From the human T2T-CHM13v2.0 reference genome, Homo sapiens, in NCBI RefSeq assembly GCF_009914755.1, contig NC_060933.1: 64,000 nucleotides of DNA; one strand, 5' to 3'. Below the pieces are notes generated by a model. That model saw nothing but the letters and a program-made list of their open reading frames with translations. It did no database searches and was not told where the DNA came from. A program made the translations under genes and the position numbers. This document shows, one piece after another, positions 16,431 to 30,043 of the stretch. The first letter of the stretch is position 1; each line of letters begins with the position of its first letter.

Positions 16431-16491
16431 AGCATCTTTGAGTCGGTGCTGAATCTATGGAAGACTATTACTTTGTAAAAAGCACAGAATT

Positions 16492-16823
<332 letters not shown>

Positions 16824-16894
16824 CTATGAAGAATGGCTTATGTGCTGAGTTATCATAGAATCATAGTGCCAGAAGAAACCTTAGAAAAGATTTT

Positions 16895-17043
16895 CATTTG
16901 TTTATATTTTAAGTATAATTAACATACAACAAAACGTGCAGATCTTAAGTGTTCAGCTTGATGAGTTTATGATGATTGTATACAGCCTAAACCTGATAGA
17001 GAACATTCAGTCTCCACAGTAAGTTAGTAAATTCTCTCATACC
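16895..17043 (-). mobile_element. Old L1M 3' end fragment
   Basis: agtataattaacataca...tgcagatcttaagtgttcagcttgatgagttt. Confidence 0.65.
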
Positions 17044-17344
17044 TTTTTTTTTTTTTTTTTTTGAGACAGAGTCATGCTTTGTTGCCCAGGCTGGAGTGCA
17101 GTGGTGCGATCTTAGCTCACTGCAACTCTGCCTCCCAGGTTCAAGTGATTCTCCTGCCTCAGTCTCCCAAGTAGCTGGGATTACAGGCATGCACCACCAC
17201 ACTCGGCTAATTTTTTTGTATTTTTAGTAGAGATGGGTTTTACCGTGTTGGCTAGGCTGGTCTCAAACTCCTGACCTCAAGTGATCCACCTACCTTAGCC
17301 TCCCAAAGTGCTGGGATTACAGGCATGAGCCACCATGTCTGGCC
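17044..17344 (-). mobile_element. AluS
   Basis: Antisense dimer. TSD approximately tctcata(t)cctttt. Confidence 0.95.
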
Positions 17345-18613
17345 TCTCATATCCTTTTCTAACCAATTCCTTACCTCCTCCAGCAGCCACTTTGGTGAGA
17401 CTATGTTAAAGATGGGGAAAAAGAAGCCCCAGATACTGAGTTGCCTGCCTTGGTCACAAGTGAGCCAGTCTGAGAAGACAGTGAAGCCCAGGTTTCCTGA
17501 TCCCTATGTGGGAACGCAGAAGTGGCTTTCCTGATGCCATTTCTGTGTCCATTTCTATGGGAGCCTTACCCTTCTCACCTGGTCAGAGCTTGATTGCCTT
17601 AAAGTCCTGCATTTTTTCCCAGGCTTTGATTACAATGGTACTAATTCACACAACTAGAATCATCTTCATCATCTGAGCTAGTGCCTTTTATGCCCAGAGA
17701 GATTCTAACTTGCCTTGTTCCTGATTGGAAAAGGATATGAGAGAACTTACCGTGGAGTCAGAATGTTGTCTATCAGGTTTAGGTTGTATACAATCACCAG
17801 AAATTCATCCGGCCAAACACTTTTGGGTGTATCTTTGGCTACCTCAGTATTCTCTAACTTTAGGGTTCTTGGCAGCAGGAAATAATCTTTTCCCATGTTA
17901 TATTTAGAGAGACCATTAGAATGACCTTTTTGCAAAATTGTGCTGTGGTAGATATAATTTAAGCTTATGCCTCAGCTTTGTCCAGAAGATGCCTGCACAC
18001 TCCAGTTTCTCTGTGGTTTAACACGATCTGAAAGCTTTGCAATAGAGATTATATGAACTGAAATTACTGTAGCACATTATATACCTGTGTAAATACATGA
18101 GAAAAAGATACTGTGGTGGTTAATTTAATCAGTGGCCTTTTTCACTTTGCGAGACCTTTGACCACATTCATGCACAAGCACAGTACTTGTCATTAGGTGG
18201 GCATTGCAGCCTTTTTAGTTAAATGTTCACCAACAGGCACCTTGACTCACTCTCTCCACAAAGCAAGGTTATCAATCCAGGGACTTTGGCCAGAATTAAA
18301 TGTCAAGAATTATATTCTTCATGTCATCTTATTCTGACAAGTTTTTATGGGCCTCCATCCATTTTCTTACTCTCCGTTGTGGTGAAATGCCTTCAGTGCT
18401 GGAAGCTGTGTTCTATGAACCATGCTGCTAGAAGGTGAGGCTTATCTGTACCTAGCCATATTGGTCTCCTGAGCGCTGGCCTTGGGTAAGTGAAAGGTAC
18501 TTCTTACATTTGGAGAGGAATTATTGTTGCATTCTGCCCATATTGGGACATGCCAGCATCTTAAGATTTTTCATTATTCACTGTGAATCAAGTGAGCACC
18601 TGTAGTTATAATT

Positions 18614-19230
18614 GGCTGGGTGCAGTGGCTCATGCCTATGATTCCAGCCCTTTGGGAGGCTGAGGCAGGAGGATCATTTGAAGCCAGAAGTTTGAGACCA
18701 CTCTGGGTTACAAAGTGAGACCCCATCTCCAGACCCCATCTCTTAAAAAAAAAAAAAAAAGGCTGGATGTGGCATGGCAACATGCCTGTAGTCCTAGCTA
18801 CTCAGGAGGCTGAGGTAGGAGGATTGCTTGAGCCCAGGACTTGGAGGCTACAGTGAGCTATGACCCTGCCACTGCAGTCCAGCCTGGGCAACAGAGTGAA
18901 ATCCTGTCTTAAATAATAATAGGCCGGTTGCGGTGGTTCAAGCCTGTACTCCTAGCTGTTTTGGAGGCTGAGACGGGTGGATCACTTGAGGTCAGGAGTT
19001 TGAGACCAGCCTGGCCAACATGGTAAAACCCCGTCTCTACTAAAAATACAAAATTAGCCAGGCGTGGTGGCACACACGTGTAATCCCAGCTACTCAGGAG
19101 GCTGAGTCAAGAGAATCACTTGAACCTGGGAGGTGGAAGTTGCAGTGAGCTTAAATCATGCCACTGCCCTCTAGCTTGGAAGACAGAGCTAGATTCCATC
19201 TCAAAAAAAAAAAAAATAATGAAATAAATA
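18614..19230 (+). mobile_element. Tandem AluJ (18614-18920) plus AluS (18922-19230)
   Basis: Two sense dimers with A-rich tails. Confidence 0.94.
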
Positions 19231-20097
19231 ATGATTAGAGGGGTTTTTCATTGTGTTTGAATAAAAGACATGTTAGCAGGTGAAAAAATGGAGTACTGTT
19301 GGATGTAGGTTTGAGTAGATAAGTTCTCTTGAGTCCTGTGAGTCAGGTTCTAGGAATTCTCTTTCAGTTCCGCCTTTGATGGAATAACTGGCAGTGGTCG
19401 GATGAAGCAGGCTGGGGTCTGATCTGTTTCCTTAAAAGGCTGGCTCAGTTAAATTTGTTCTGAAAGTGGGTTGGGAAAAATACTGTATCAAAAGTGCCTC
19501 TGTATTCCTTAATAACAGCTTTTGATGGGCTGTGTAAAGAACATTTAGATTACTATTCAGTAAAATGGTTTGTGTTCTTTCGAGGAGTTTGAGCCTGTAA
19601 CTTTCATTTGGTTCATGGTTCTCCCTCAGTCCAAGTCTTTTATTCTAGGTAATCCCAGAATTGGATCTTTAATTTGTGTGTACTGCTCCTTCCTTTCTGA
19701 GTTATGAATTGTCTCTAATTTGGAGATTGTTCATATGGTGATACTTGAAAACATCTAACCGAGGGCAGGAATTGTTTGTATTTTGGTGAGAAGTTTTATT
19801 GTTTGGAGTCTTTAGAGGTCCCCCCACAACAAAGTTTATTCTAAAACAAGATTTTACTGCTTTCTCTTATCTTAGATTGAAGCTAGTCTATTGATTCAAA
19901 CACATGAATACGTTTTTGTCCTGTAAATTTTCACTGCTGCACAGAGCCAGTCAAGCCAAGAATTGAAATGAGCAGTCTTTGCTTGTGAGTCTGTCTGAAC
20001 CTCTGTCTCCTAAAAGTTGTCTACATCTGCAAGATTGCCTCACCTCCACAGCAAGAATAATAAACATGTTTTACCATTTATTTTGTGTTATTCCCAG

Positions 20098-20343
20098 GCA
20101 TGTTGGTGTTTGCAGTCACATGGAATACCCCTGCCGCTTCCAGAATGCTTCTGCCACCACCCAGGAGATCATTCCTCATCGGGTCTTTGCCCCTGTGTGC
20201 CTCACGGGTGCCTGCCAAGAGACCCTTCTGCGGCTGATCCCTCCTTGCCTCTCAGCAGCACATTCTGTTCTGGGAGCACACCCGTTCTCTCGGCTGGATG
20301 TTCTCATCGTCCCTGCCAACTTTCCAAGTCTGGGGATGGCCAG
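20098..20343 (+). CDS. AOPEP: Internal coding exon (246 bp) of aminopeptidase O
   Basis: Acceptor tgttattcccag|G and donor GCCAG|gtatgt. Translates HVGVCSHMEYPCRFQNASATTQEIIPHRVFAPVCLTGACQETLLRLIPPCLSAAHSVLGAHPFSRLDVLIVPANFPSLGMA, which matches the M1 family (LTA4H/RNPEP-like) segment leading into the GXMEN motif position. Confidence 0.96.
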
Positions 20344-23300
20344 GTATGTTGTTCCATTGTGGCACTTGGGGTACATACATTTTGGAAATTCTTTGACTAT
20401 GTCTTGCTTTCCTTGAGCTCTGTCAGAGCAGTCATTTGATTAGAATGGAGGGGCTATGGTTGCTCATGCTTGGACATCTCATTGCTGCCTTGAGGGACAA
20501 TTTTAATGCAGACTCCCTCATGCACGAGCCTTTGAGTGTCATGGGCTCAGTTCAGACTGTGTTGAAAAGAAAAGGCTCACATTGTTGCTGGGATTGAGAA
20601 TACATAGTGCCCCCTGAGTGGTGACTGTTGGATCATGGCTGATCAGTGGCTGTTAGCTTGGATGATGACAGCATAATGCTAATGAGCCAAAGGTTATAGC
20701 ATCAGGCTCTGGGCACAGTAACATGACTTGGTCCCAAGGCCACAGGCTACTCACCTAATCCTGACCAGCTGTCTTGTCCATTCTCACCACTGGTCACAAG
20801 GGCAATGACTTGAGAGACCCTGAGTCAGATAGACTGTGGATGGATCAGTGTAAATCTATCCCTACTGCTAGAAAAACAGCTCAAAGCAGATGGCTTACTG
20901 TGGGGGTTGGAGGAGGAGTCACGTGCTACTATTTTTTAACAAATGCACTTTTGCTGTTGTGTCCTGGTTTGGTTCCCTGTATTTATTTAAGCTAAAATCT
21001 ATTAATTAATGCCATTGTTCAGTCATTAATGGGTATCTGTGTTCCACTGAGAAAAGATAGAGAATGTACTTGGTTATATTTCCATTTTAAAATCTTAATC
21101 ATTAGCAGTGAATATGCTTGACTAAGGATGGGAAAAATAAGCTCATCAAAACATGTGACTTCAAGTTTTTCCCTATTAGTCAAGGAAATTCCTGCTGCCA
21201 ATTAATTCCCATGCTTTTGAGCAGCTGTCATTTGTGGTGTTTTCCCTGAAAACTGCACACATTCTTAGTAAAACCATGAGCAGAAAAGAACTGACCAGAA
21301 CATTTGCTTTTGATCTTTACTACATGTATGTACTTTAAAGACTGGCTGGCTTGCCTTAATCCTTGAGGAGGTCTGAGAAAGTCATTTAGACTGATTTTTA
21401 TCCTATGTTTATGAAGATAATGGGAATGCAGGAACTAGGATAATTATATATATTTGGTTACGTGCATCATATAATTGTCTTGGATGTCTATATATAGAAT
21501 TTTTCTTAATGGAGGGGGGGGCTTCTTTTGTCCCTTTGAAGAGTCTGCTGGCCTTAATTTAAGTAGTAGAGGTGTTGGTGAAAAAAGAGTTGTTCATTAA
21601 ATGTTTCTTATTTGTACATGGGTTTGAGGGGCCCTATTTACTTGGGAGTTTTTAGCACTTCATGAGAATTGCAGTTTTTTAAGGCATGTTTGCTAGCAGT
21701 TCCAAGTTCTGGCCTGAGGGAACCAAAGGCAGAGTATTTTTCATGCACAGGATTCTGTTTTCTATAGCTCCTTCCTGACATCAGTCTGCCAAATACAGAA
21801 TGAGTTGACCTGCAGGCAATTCTCTAAAGCTTCTCTTTTCAAGTTTGCATGCCCAAGCAGGTAGGCTGTGTGTTTGCTGCTTTTTGCGATATTTGAAGTG
21901 ATTTAAACATGCTTAACTCTGTATTTTTAGAGTGGCAAGCCTGAGTACCATAAGACCAAATGGTCCTGGGCACAAATTTTGAAAAATATGGTGGTGATCA
22001 TAACTTAGCAACAACAAGACTGCTTTTATGCTTAAAAGCAGGAGAACCGTATATTCAAAATTTGTGGTTGGTTGTCAAATACCATTTTTTTCCCTTCCTT
22101 TTAGACTGTGGAAGTAAAGTCTGCCCAGGTCTAGATGTTTTTCTGGACTTATTACCATTCCCTGGATGAGAGCTGTGGAAGGGGGATTGTGGTCTCTTCC
22201 ACTGCCAGGTGGGGTGGGGAAGGGAGGTGCTCTGTTTTTCCAAACTCTGGCTTCAATTGATTCTGCTTGCTTGGCTTGACTCTGTCGGGATCCCAACACC
22301 TTGGGCTACATGCAGCTGAGTGGGGTTTATGACTCAGCTGGCTACTGGGGCCCTGCTGCTTTATTTATGGTCGAGACTTTGCTTGAGGTTTTATAAAGCA
22401 AAGCTAGAACAAAAACGATGGTTTTGTAAGTCAACTTCATACCCTAAACAGGAATAGAGAAACCTCAAGGCTAGGAGGAGTCATCCAAAAAGACCTCCAT
22501 ACTGAAACCTGCCATTGTCTTCTTAGTTATAATATGCTGAGAGATCAAAGGACTTCTTGGTAAATTAAATGGCTCTTTCCCGAGTCCATATTTTATAAAC
22601 ATGTATGCAAGATCGTAAATTCCATACCTCTGGACTTCTTTAGTGATTAGGTCTTAATTATAATGAATACCATTTTATACCATTTCAGTATTCTTTTTTG
22701 GCAAATGATATTAAACATTCCCTCATGAACTAAAATGGGTAAATTATTAATCATGTTAAGCAGTTTCTGAGAATTTTAGATAATATAATGATTTCACTAT
22801 TTTGAATATTACGTATCATAGTTTTTATTGAATAAGCTTAAAAGTCTCCTCTTTGATTCTGTTTTTGAGCTGGATTCTGATATTTCAGTGAAGTGAGGAA
22901 AAACACATTTATAAAACTTGAATGTATGATAATGACAAATCAGTTTATAAGAAGGTAAATAATACACAAATAATATTTTAGAATTTCGAATGCTTTTCAA
23001 ACATGGCAGTAACTAGAACATTTATCAATACTGCTCTTCATGATTTTTGTCACCTTTTAATATAACAGGAGCCATTACTAACTGACCCCCTCCCCTACCC
23101 TGGTCCTTTTCCAAATCACTGTTCCAGGGGAGAGGGACTTTAATTCTTTGCTGAGAAAAATCACTAGTTTGCCTTTCAGATGCTTTCCTCAGTGGGTGTG
23201 TGTGGGCTTTCAGTTTTTGTTTCATTGTGTTTTTGCCTTCCATGAAGACTGAATCTGCCATATCAGGAACCGTAAAGTATACATTTCTTGACTTGACTAC

Positions 23301-23959
23301 TATGATGTCTGTATGAAGATATGCATGCATTTAAAATGCATCTCTGAAGTACACACAGCTCTCTTCCTGTTGGTTTAATTAATATTCTACTGTTTTCATT
23401 GTGTCCTCGTATGTTCTCAGAGTCTCTGCTGGGGATTGACTGGCAAGCCTAGTTTCTTAATTTTGAGAAATAATGAAAGGAGCTCATCATCACACTTACA
23501 CTCTCTGTTATAACAGCAGTAACGTTAATGGAATCATATTCTAGAACCAGGCATATGACAGTTGCTTAAAAATTAACACCTTAATCTTACCTTTGTATGT
23601 GTGTATAGGAAATGCTTTGCTTTGCATTTGTCTCTCAGCAGTTCACAATTACATGTCATGGCATAGTTAGGTTGGCAGAACTACCTAGCTGTCGTCCATA
23701 TATGTTCTTTTTTTTCCTTGTATTTGAATTTCAAGAATCTCTTGCAACTTATTTCAGAGTGGTTTTCTGTGAAGAGCACTGAAGTTAAAAAACCATGTGC
23801 TGTGTAGTTCTGCTTCATGGCTCAGCTGTTCACATGCATCTTCACCCTTCATCCCACTGGGAAAATTGAGGGGAAAAAAATGACTATAGTGTGGCCGATG
23901 ACAGGTGACAGATTGTTTGAGCTTTTCCCCACCTGTTCTATACCAGATAATCTTGATAA

Positions 23960-24420
23960 TTTGGTTATTGTTTATTTATTCTTGCAATAAATATTTATCA
24001 AGCGTATACTGTGTGCCAGATAGTACTTACGATGCAAAGCCTACAAGGGTGAACGAGATAGAGGAGGCCTCTGTCCTTATGAAATGGACATTCTAGTCAG
24101 GGGAGAAAATTAGTGTACGTGAAACAAGTAATTAAGATGTATGCTATGAAGAAAATAAAATCAAGTAAGTGTCACAGTGGGAGAATCAATAGCATCGTTA
24201 GGGTGAGAGGGAAAAGCTTCCTTAAAGGGTGACATTTGGGCTAAGACTGAAGAATAAAAAGGAATCAGCTTTGTGACCATCTGGTGGAAAAGCACTCCGG
24301 TCCACAGGCCTCAAGGTGGGAACCACTCTCATGGGTTGGAGGAGTAGAATGAAGGCCAGGATGGTGGCAGGTCAGTGAGGTCTTAGAATGGCTTTCCTTA
24401 GCCCCGTTCTTAGTGAGCTT
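23960..24420 (-). mobile_element. L2 3' fragment
   Basis: tttattc..caataaatatttatcaagcgtatactgtgtgccag...ggtgacatttgggctaagactgaagaata. Confidence 0.8.
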
Positions 24421-27369
24421 GGGTGCCAGGAGCAAGTGAGTCACTAAGAAATGGCAAGATTAAGTCAGGTCCATCATTCTAGGCAGACGGGTTATGGGAA
24501 GAGATCAAATTTTTTTTTTTTTTTCTTGGGACCGTAGATACCTATACCATCTCCCGACTGGCTAATGAGAACCTGATTGGCTTAGCAGCTGCTGTTCTTG
24601 AGCAGAATTCTCCATGGCTGAAGCTATCAGAACACCTGGCACCCAGACGGGCAACCGTCCCTTTGTAGAGAAGGGAGAAGTCTCAGATCACCACGTTTTC
24701 TTCCCCTGGCAGCTGTTGATTGATTCTTTGCAAGGGTTTTTGACATCGTTGGTCACAGAGAGGGAAGCTGTGTCTCATCCTAGTTTTATTTGCTCATCCT
24801 AGTTTGAAAGGTTTTTTGTTTTTTGTTTTTTGTTTTTTTTTTTAAAAAAAGCAACAACAACTGAATGAAAATAGGATTGACAATTAAAGACCATAGAAAA
24901 AATTATCAATTATTAAAATCTTCACAACATGCTTCACTATGAGGAAAAACTATAAAGCTCCCTATTACACAAGGCTTATTCTTAAAAGGTTTGATTGTGC
25001 AATAAAAGACTTCTGAATGTTTATACTAGTTCCTGACTATTGCATGCACAATTTTCTTAAGTACCTCAATTTGCAAATAAACGGTATGCACGTACATGCC
25101 CAAGAATGAATGTAACCAGCCTTTTCCTCCACTCCCTCCTCCCGGGTTAGACAGGGTGTTGTCCTGTTTATTCTTATCTCCCAGCCAATGTGTAATAGAA
25201 TAAGCAAAACATAACATGCTGGTACAAAGGGCCTGTTGTTTTCAGCTTTCTAATTATGCTCCTTTCTGCTGGGGAAGGAAGCAGTCATAAATTTCTGTCA
25301 TTATCTTAAGTAGCAAGGTTTCACAGCTTTGAGAATTTTTCTTTGTTTGTTCTTTGTTGGCTTTACTTGAATTTTTGATCCCTCAAACCAAAACCACCCT
25401 ACTTTTAAACAATCCTTCTTTAGATTTCAGGGGATGTGACCCCCTGATTTCAAGGCAAGATGCAGCCATAGTGATTCTTTGCCTCAGGAATCAGATTTTG
25501 AGCCTTAAATTAGTATGCCTTTGAATTCACCATGGCTGCCAACTTCTCTACTTTCTCCGATGTGCTGCATATTTTTGTTTTGTGTGTGGGTTTTGTTTCT
25601 TGTTATTGTTGTCGTTTCTTTCTCAGATTTTAATAAATTCTCAATTTTCTTTCTGCATGGATTGTTTTTTAAAAAGATGTTGAATGGGCATTTCTTTCCC
25701 CTGTTGTGTGGTATAACTCTTCTCTGCTTTTTCAAACAGGTGGGTGTGAATGATAGAAAGCAGCTCATACCATCCTTTTTTTCTGTAAAATTTTAATCCC
25801 TTGTTTACTGGCAACCCTGCTGTTGCTGTAGAGATGAACAAACAGAATGAGTTGTGAGCTGTGAGGCACATGCAAGGTGATTTATGCCCATGTGTGCTTC
25901 CCCTTTGTTGCTTTCTTTGTGTTCACTTTCTCCATTTTCTCTTTTATTTCAATTATCCTTCTTGAGAAAATTATTTGACTTTATTTGCGTCCTATGTTAT
26001 AGGTAGGGGCTTTCCCCTTCTAATGTGTTCTGGTTCTTTCATTTTTGTGTTCCTGAAATAGTAACTGGTATTCATAAAGTGATGTTCTTCTGGGACCCTG
26101 AAAGCCCTTGGCCAGGATTATTTTGTTCGTCTTGACAATACCACTTTGTACTAAGCAAGGTAGGTAGTGAGAATGTGTGTGTATGTTCCATTTTTTACAG
26201 AGCGGGTATTAAGAGGATATATAATGTCCCAAAGTCACTTAGAAGCAGGAAGTCAGGGAGACAAGTAAAATGGCCTCATCTTGTGATGGCTGTCAAGAGT
26301 CTGGTGGTCCAGACTTAGGCAAGGCTGATGTGTAACTGTTTCTAAGGCAGTGAGTGCTTGATTTAGGGTCTCCACACAGAAACCATACTGACCCTGTGAG
26401 TGAAGATATCATTGAAGATCAGCATTCACTGTGGGCTGGCTTTGAGGCAGCCATAGAATCTGGATACCAGGCAAATTCCTGGATCACATGAGTTCTTGGG
26501 GGCCAGGCTCTCTCTCTTCTGTTGGAGCAACAGGCAGAGTGAACTCACAGCTTTTGGGTTAACTAGAATCTTCTTTTTGCCATTAAACAGCTGTGTTGCT
26601 TGTCAGATCGAGAAGTAGCATCTTATCATCATTATACCATGATTCTTCACCCTCTGAAAGATTATGCTTAAGTGTTTGGTTTTCTTTGAACTGTTCTCCC
26701 CACACAAAGACTGACAGTCCTACCTTCAGAGAACACTGCTGGGGCCATCCTTCAAGAGAAATTGTCAGGCCTTTGAAAGGCCTTCCTGAAGCAATCATTC
26801 CTCTACCTGCGTTTGTAATCTCTCTATTGATGTCATCCTAGGTTCCTAATGTCTTCCAGTCCTTGAGCCTGAGACGGCCAGTCAGCACCACCTTGCCATT
26901 TTTTCCATTGCAAAGAAAAGGCTTTTTCCCCCGCCTTGCCACTTATTTCTTTACCGAAGCATCATTACTGAATAGAACATACACACTCCCTGGGTGAAAA
27001 AGAACAATGGAGTTCAGTGCACAAAGTTACCTAACTTGGGATATTCCCAATCTTGCAAGCTCTTTCTCCTTATACCACTACACAGAGTGAGCAAATACTA
27101 CCAGCTTCTGTACTGCTGATGTATGCATGTGGTCATGGAGCTATGTAAGTATTTCTTTTAAGGGTAGATTTCTTTTAGGGAAAACACCAACTCTGGAAAG
27201 TCCTCAGGCAAAGTACAATGTGTGAACAGCTCTGCTGGAGGGAATATTGCCAAGATGCAGCTGGAGCCCACCTCTGCGCCATAGAGGCCTGTTTGCATAA
27301 AGTGGGTGAGAAATTGCCTTGTCTCTACATTTCACCCCTAATAAGTAATTGGAAGAGTGTCTCAGCCAC

Positions 27370-27680
27370 CTTTTCTTTTTTCTTTCTTTTTTTTTTTTTT
27401 TGAGACGGAGTCTCACTCTGTTGCCCAGGCTGGAGTGCAGTGGTGCAATCTTGGCTCACTGCCACCTATGCCTCCCAGGTTTAGGCAGTTCTGCCTCAGC
27501 CTCCTGAGTAGCAGGGGCTACAGGTGCACGCTGCTTCGCCTGGCTAATTTTTTGTATTTTAATAGACACGGGGTTTCACCATGTTGCCCAGGCTGGTCAC
27601 GAACTCCTGAGCTCAGGCAGTCCACCTGCCTCGGCCTCCTGAAGTGCTGGGATTACAGGCGTGAGCCACCGTGCCCAGCC
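27370..27680 (-). mobile_element. AluS
   Basis: Antisense dimer with T-tail. Confidence 0.95.
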
Positions 27681-28477
27681 TCAGCTTTTCTTTAAGAGAA
27701 GTTTAACATTATTATATTAAAATGCCACAGATGTGAGGGGGATGCCCCCTTCAAAAATGGATTACTTTTTTTTAAAAAAAATTGAATACCAAGTGGGAGT
27801 TGAGGTACATTGCACAAATCCGCCCTGATTTAACCCCAGAGTGGAGCTCAGAGTAGAACATGTTATATTTCTTGGTTAACTAACCATGCTATTTATAGAG
27901 GTGACTCCTCGGAAAGTCTAGACATTGTTCCCAGAAGACAGAATGCCAAATCTGCAGTCATTGAACAAACCAAATCTGCTCCTACCTTCCCAGCTAGCTT
28001 GCTAAGAATAATCACCTCCCTGTTTCTCACCATAAAATGGAAATCTTGGAACTTCATTCTAAGAAAGTGTGAATGATATTTGGGTTCCCCAGCCAAGACT
28101 TGGGGTAGGCAAGGAGGAGGAGGTGCTCCTGTGAGCCTGGTCCTACCCACCCTTGGCCTGTGCTCCTTGGAGCCCACCTTGCTAAGTTGTTGGAAACTGT
28201 GGTTGGCAGGTCCTAGTTTTTGAGTAGGTCTCCTCTAAAAGGACATCTTGAGGACCTAAGGATGGTGCTTTTCTTTGGGAATGAGCCAGCTGCAGTTTTT
28301 GCCTTTTTTCATAGATGTGCAATCTTAGAACATCCTATTGAAAGCGCAGTTGGAAAGGGGTGGATGGACAAAGCCAAGAACTCACTCGACAAACATGTAT
28401 CAACGGACAGGTGTGATGAATGCTGATGATGCTGTGGCCATGAGGAAGTATAGACCTTTAGCCTAAATCTAAATTGG

Positions 28478-28805
28478 GAGTTTCTAAAGTTGGTTTCAAG
28501 GAAGACTAGTTTTATGGAATGTTAATAATGTGGGAAAAGGAACTGTAGGTTAATTAGTTTAGGAAATAAATGGATTAAATAAACTTAAAAGAGATTCTTT
28601 ACTGGAGGGCTTCTAAGAAAGCCTTTAATATTCTTATGATCCTGATTTAATATCCTGGTATATCTGTGCATCTTGAAGACAGAGACAGGATAAGCAGTAT
28701 TCCCCCAACTGTTGTGTCGAGGGAGCCCTTTTTACAGTGAGCATTTCATGGAACCACTGTGGTTTCAAAAAAACCACCTCCTCAAAACACACTTTGGGAG
28801 ATGAT
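28478..28805. mobile_element. Non-autonomous hAT/Charlie-type DNA transposon (MER)
   Basis: Degenerate terminal repeats gagtttctaaagt ... acactttgggagatg, with internal motifs typical of hAT-Charlie MERs. Confidence 0.5.
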
Positions 28806-29302
28806 TCTATTCAGAAATATCTGGGAGTCCATGATACAGCTGGAGATGGAATTCGCCTTTCATTCTGTCAGTGGTGAGTGAGGACCTGACCTGCATGCGT
28901 CAGGCCCTGGGCAAGGGCTTTGCTTTACAGCAGTGAGGAAGCACAGGTCCTGCCCTCTTGGGACTCACAGTTTGGTGCAGGAGGCCCCCATGCTTTTCTG
29001 TTTATAGACCTCTTTTTGAGCAATTACCCAATTCATATATCTATATTTATTTATTTATAAGTTATATGCATTTAGTACAATGTTAATATATTAGGTACAC
29101 TATAAAACACATACACAAAATAGAAAATGTAAAAGGATGAGAAAAAAACAATTATGAAAGTAAATTCTGTCACTTTTATCCCAAAGAATTGGCACGTGCC
29201 CTGGGCTCCCTTCAGCTGCCTGGGCCCTACCCTGGAGACTGACTCAGTGAATTGAGCCGCAGTCTTGGTATCTGGAAGGCTAACAGGTCTTCCCAGCTGA
29301 TT

Positions 29303-29398
29303 GTGCTGCAGGTGTTGGAGAGCAGTGTGTGTTGCCTGGGGACTGTGTGGACTGGTATCACCCAGACAGCTTGCACTGACTCCAGACCCTGCCGTCAT
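29303..29398 (+). ncRNA. MIR2278: pre-miRNA hairpin mir-2278 (mature about 29318-29339, GAGAGCAGUGUGUGUUGCCUGG)
   Basis: GGAGAGCAGTGTGTGTTGCCTGGG pairs with CCCAGACAGCTTGCACTGACTCC. The sequence matches my recollection of hsa-mir-2278, which is intronic in AOPEP. Confidence 0.88.
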
Positions 29399-29652
29399 GT
29401 CACAGGTAAGAAGGTCAGGAAGAGGCTGGAGCGTGCCGGTGAATGGGTGAGAAAGCTCCCTGGTGAGGCTTCCTGCTTTTCTGTTGCTCAGAAGGAGGCC
29501 GTGCTTCCTAGGAACTGCATCCAGTCACAGGCGGGGACTTTGGGCAAGTCACTGGGCCTCCCTGGCCTAATTTTCTTCTCTGGAAAAGTAAGGGGGTGAT
29601 TTAGAATAACCCGCAGAATGTCTTAGGGCCCCTACATTTGATTTAATCAGGG

Positions 29653-30043
<391 letters not shown>

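Noticed and set aside
19979-20416. 145-aa ORF as a standalone gene or alternative C-terminus
   Set aside because: It is the 246-bp exon plus read-through into the flanking introns. Canonical splice sites bound the conserved part and nothing here supports intron retention.
25505-25871. Hydrophobic, transmembrane-like small ORFs
   Set aside because: T-rich composition explains them, and there is no convincing exon structure or family motif.
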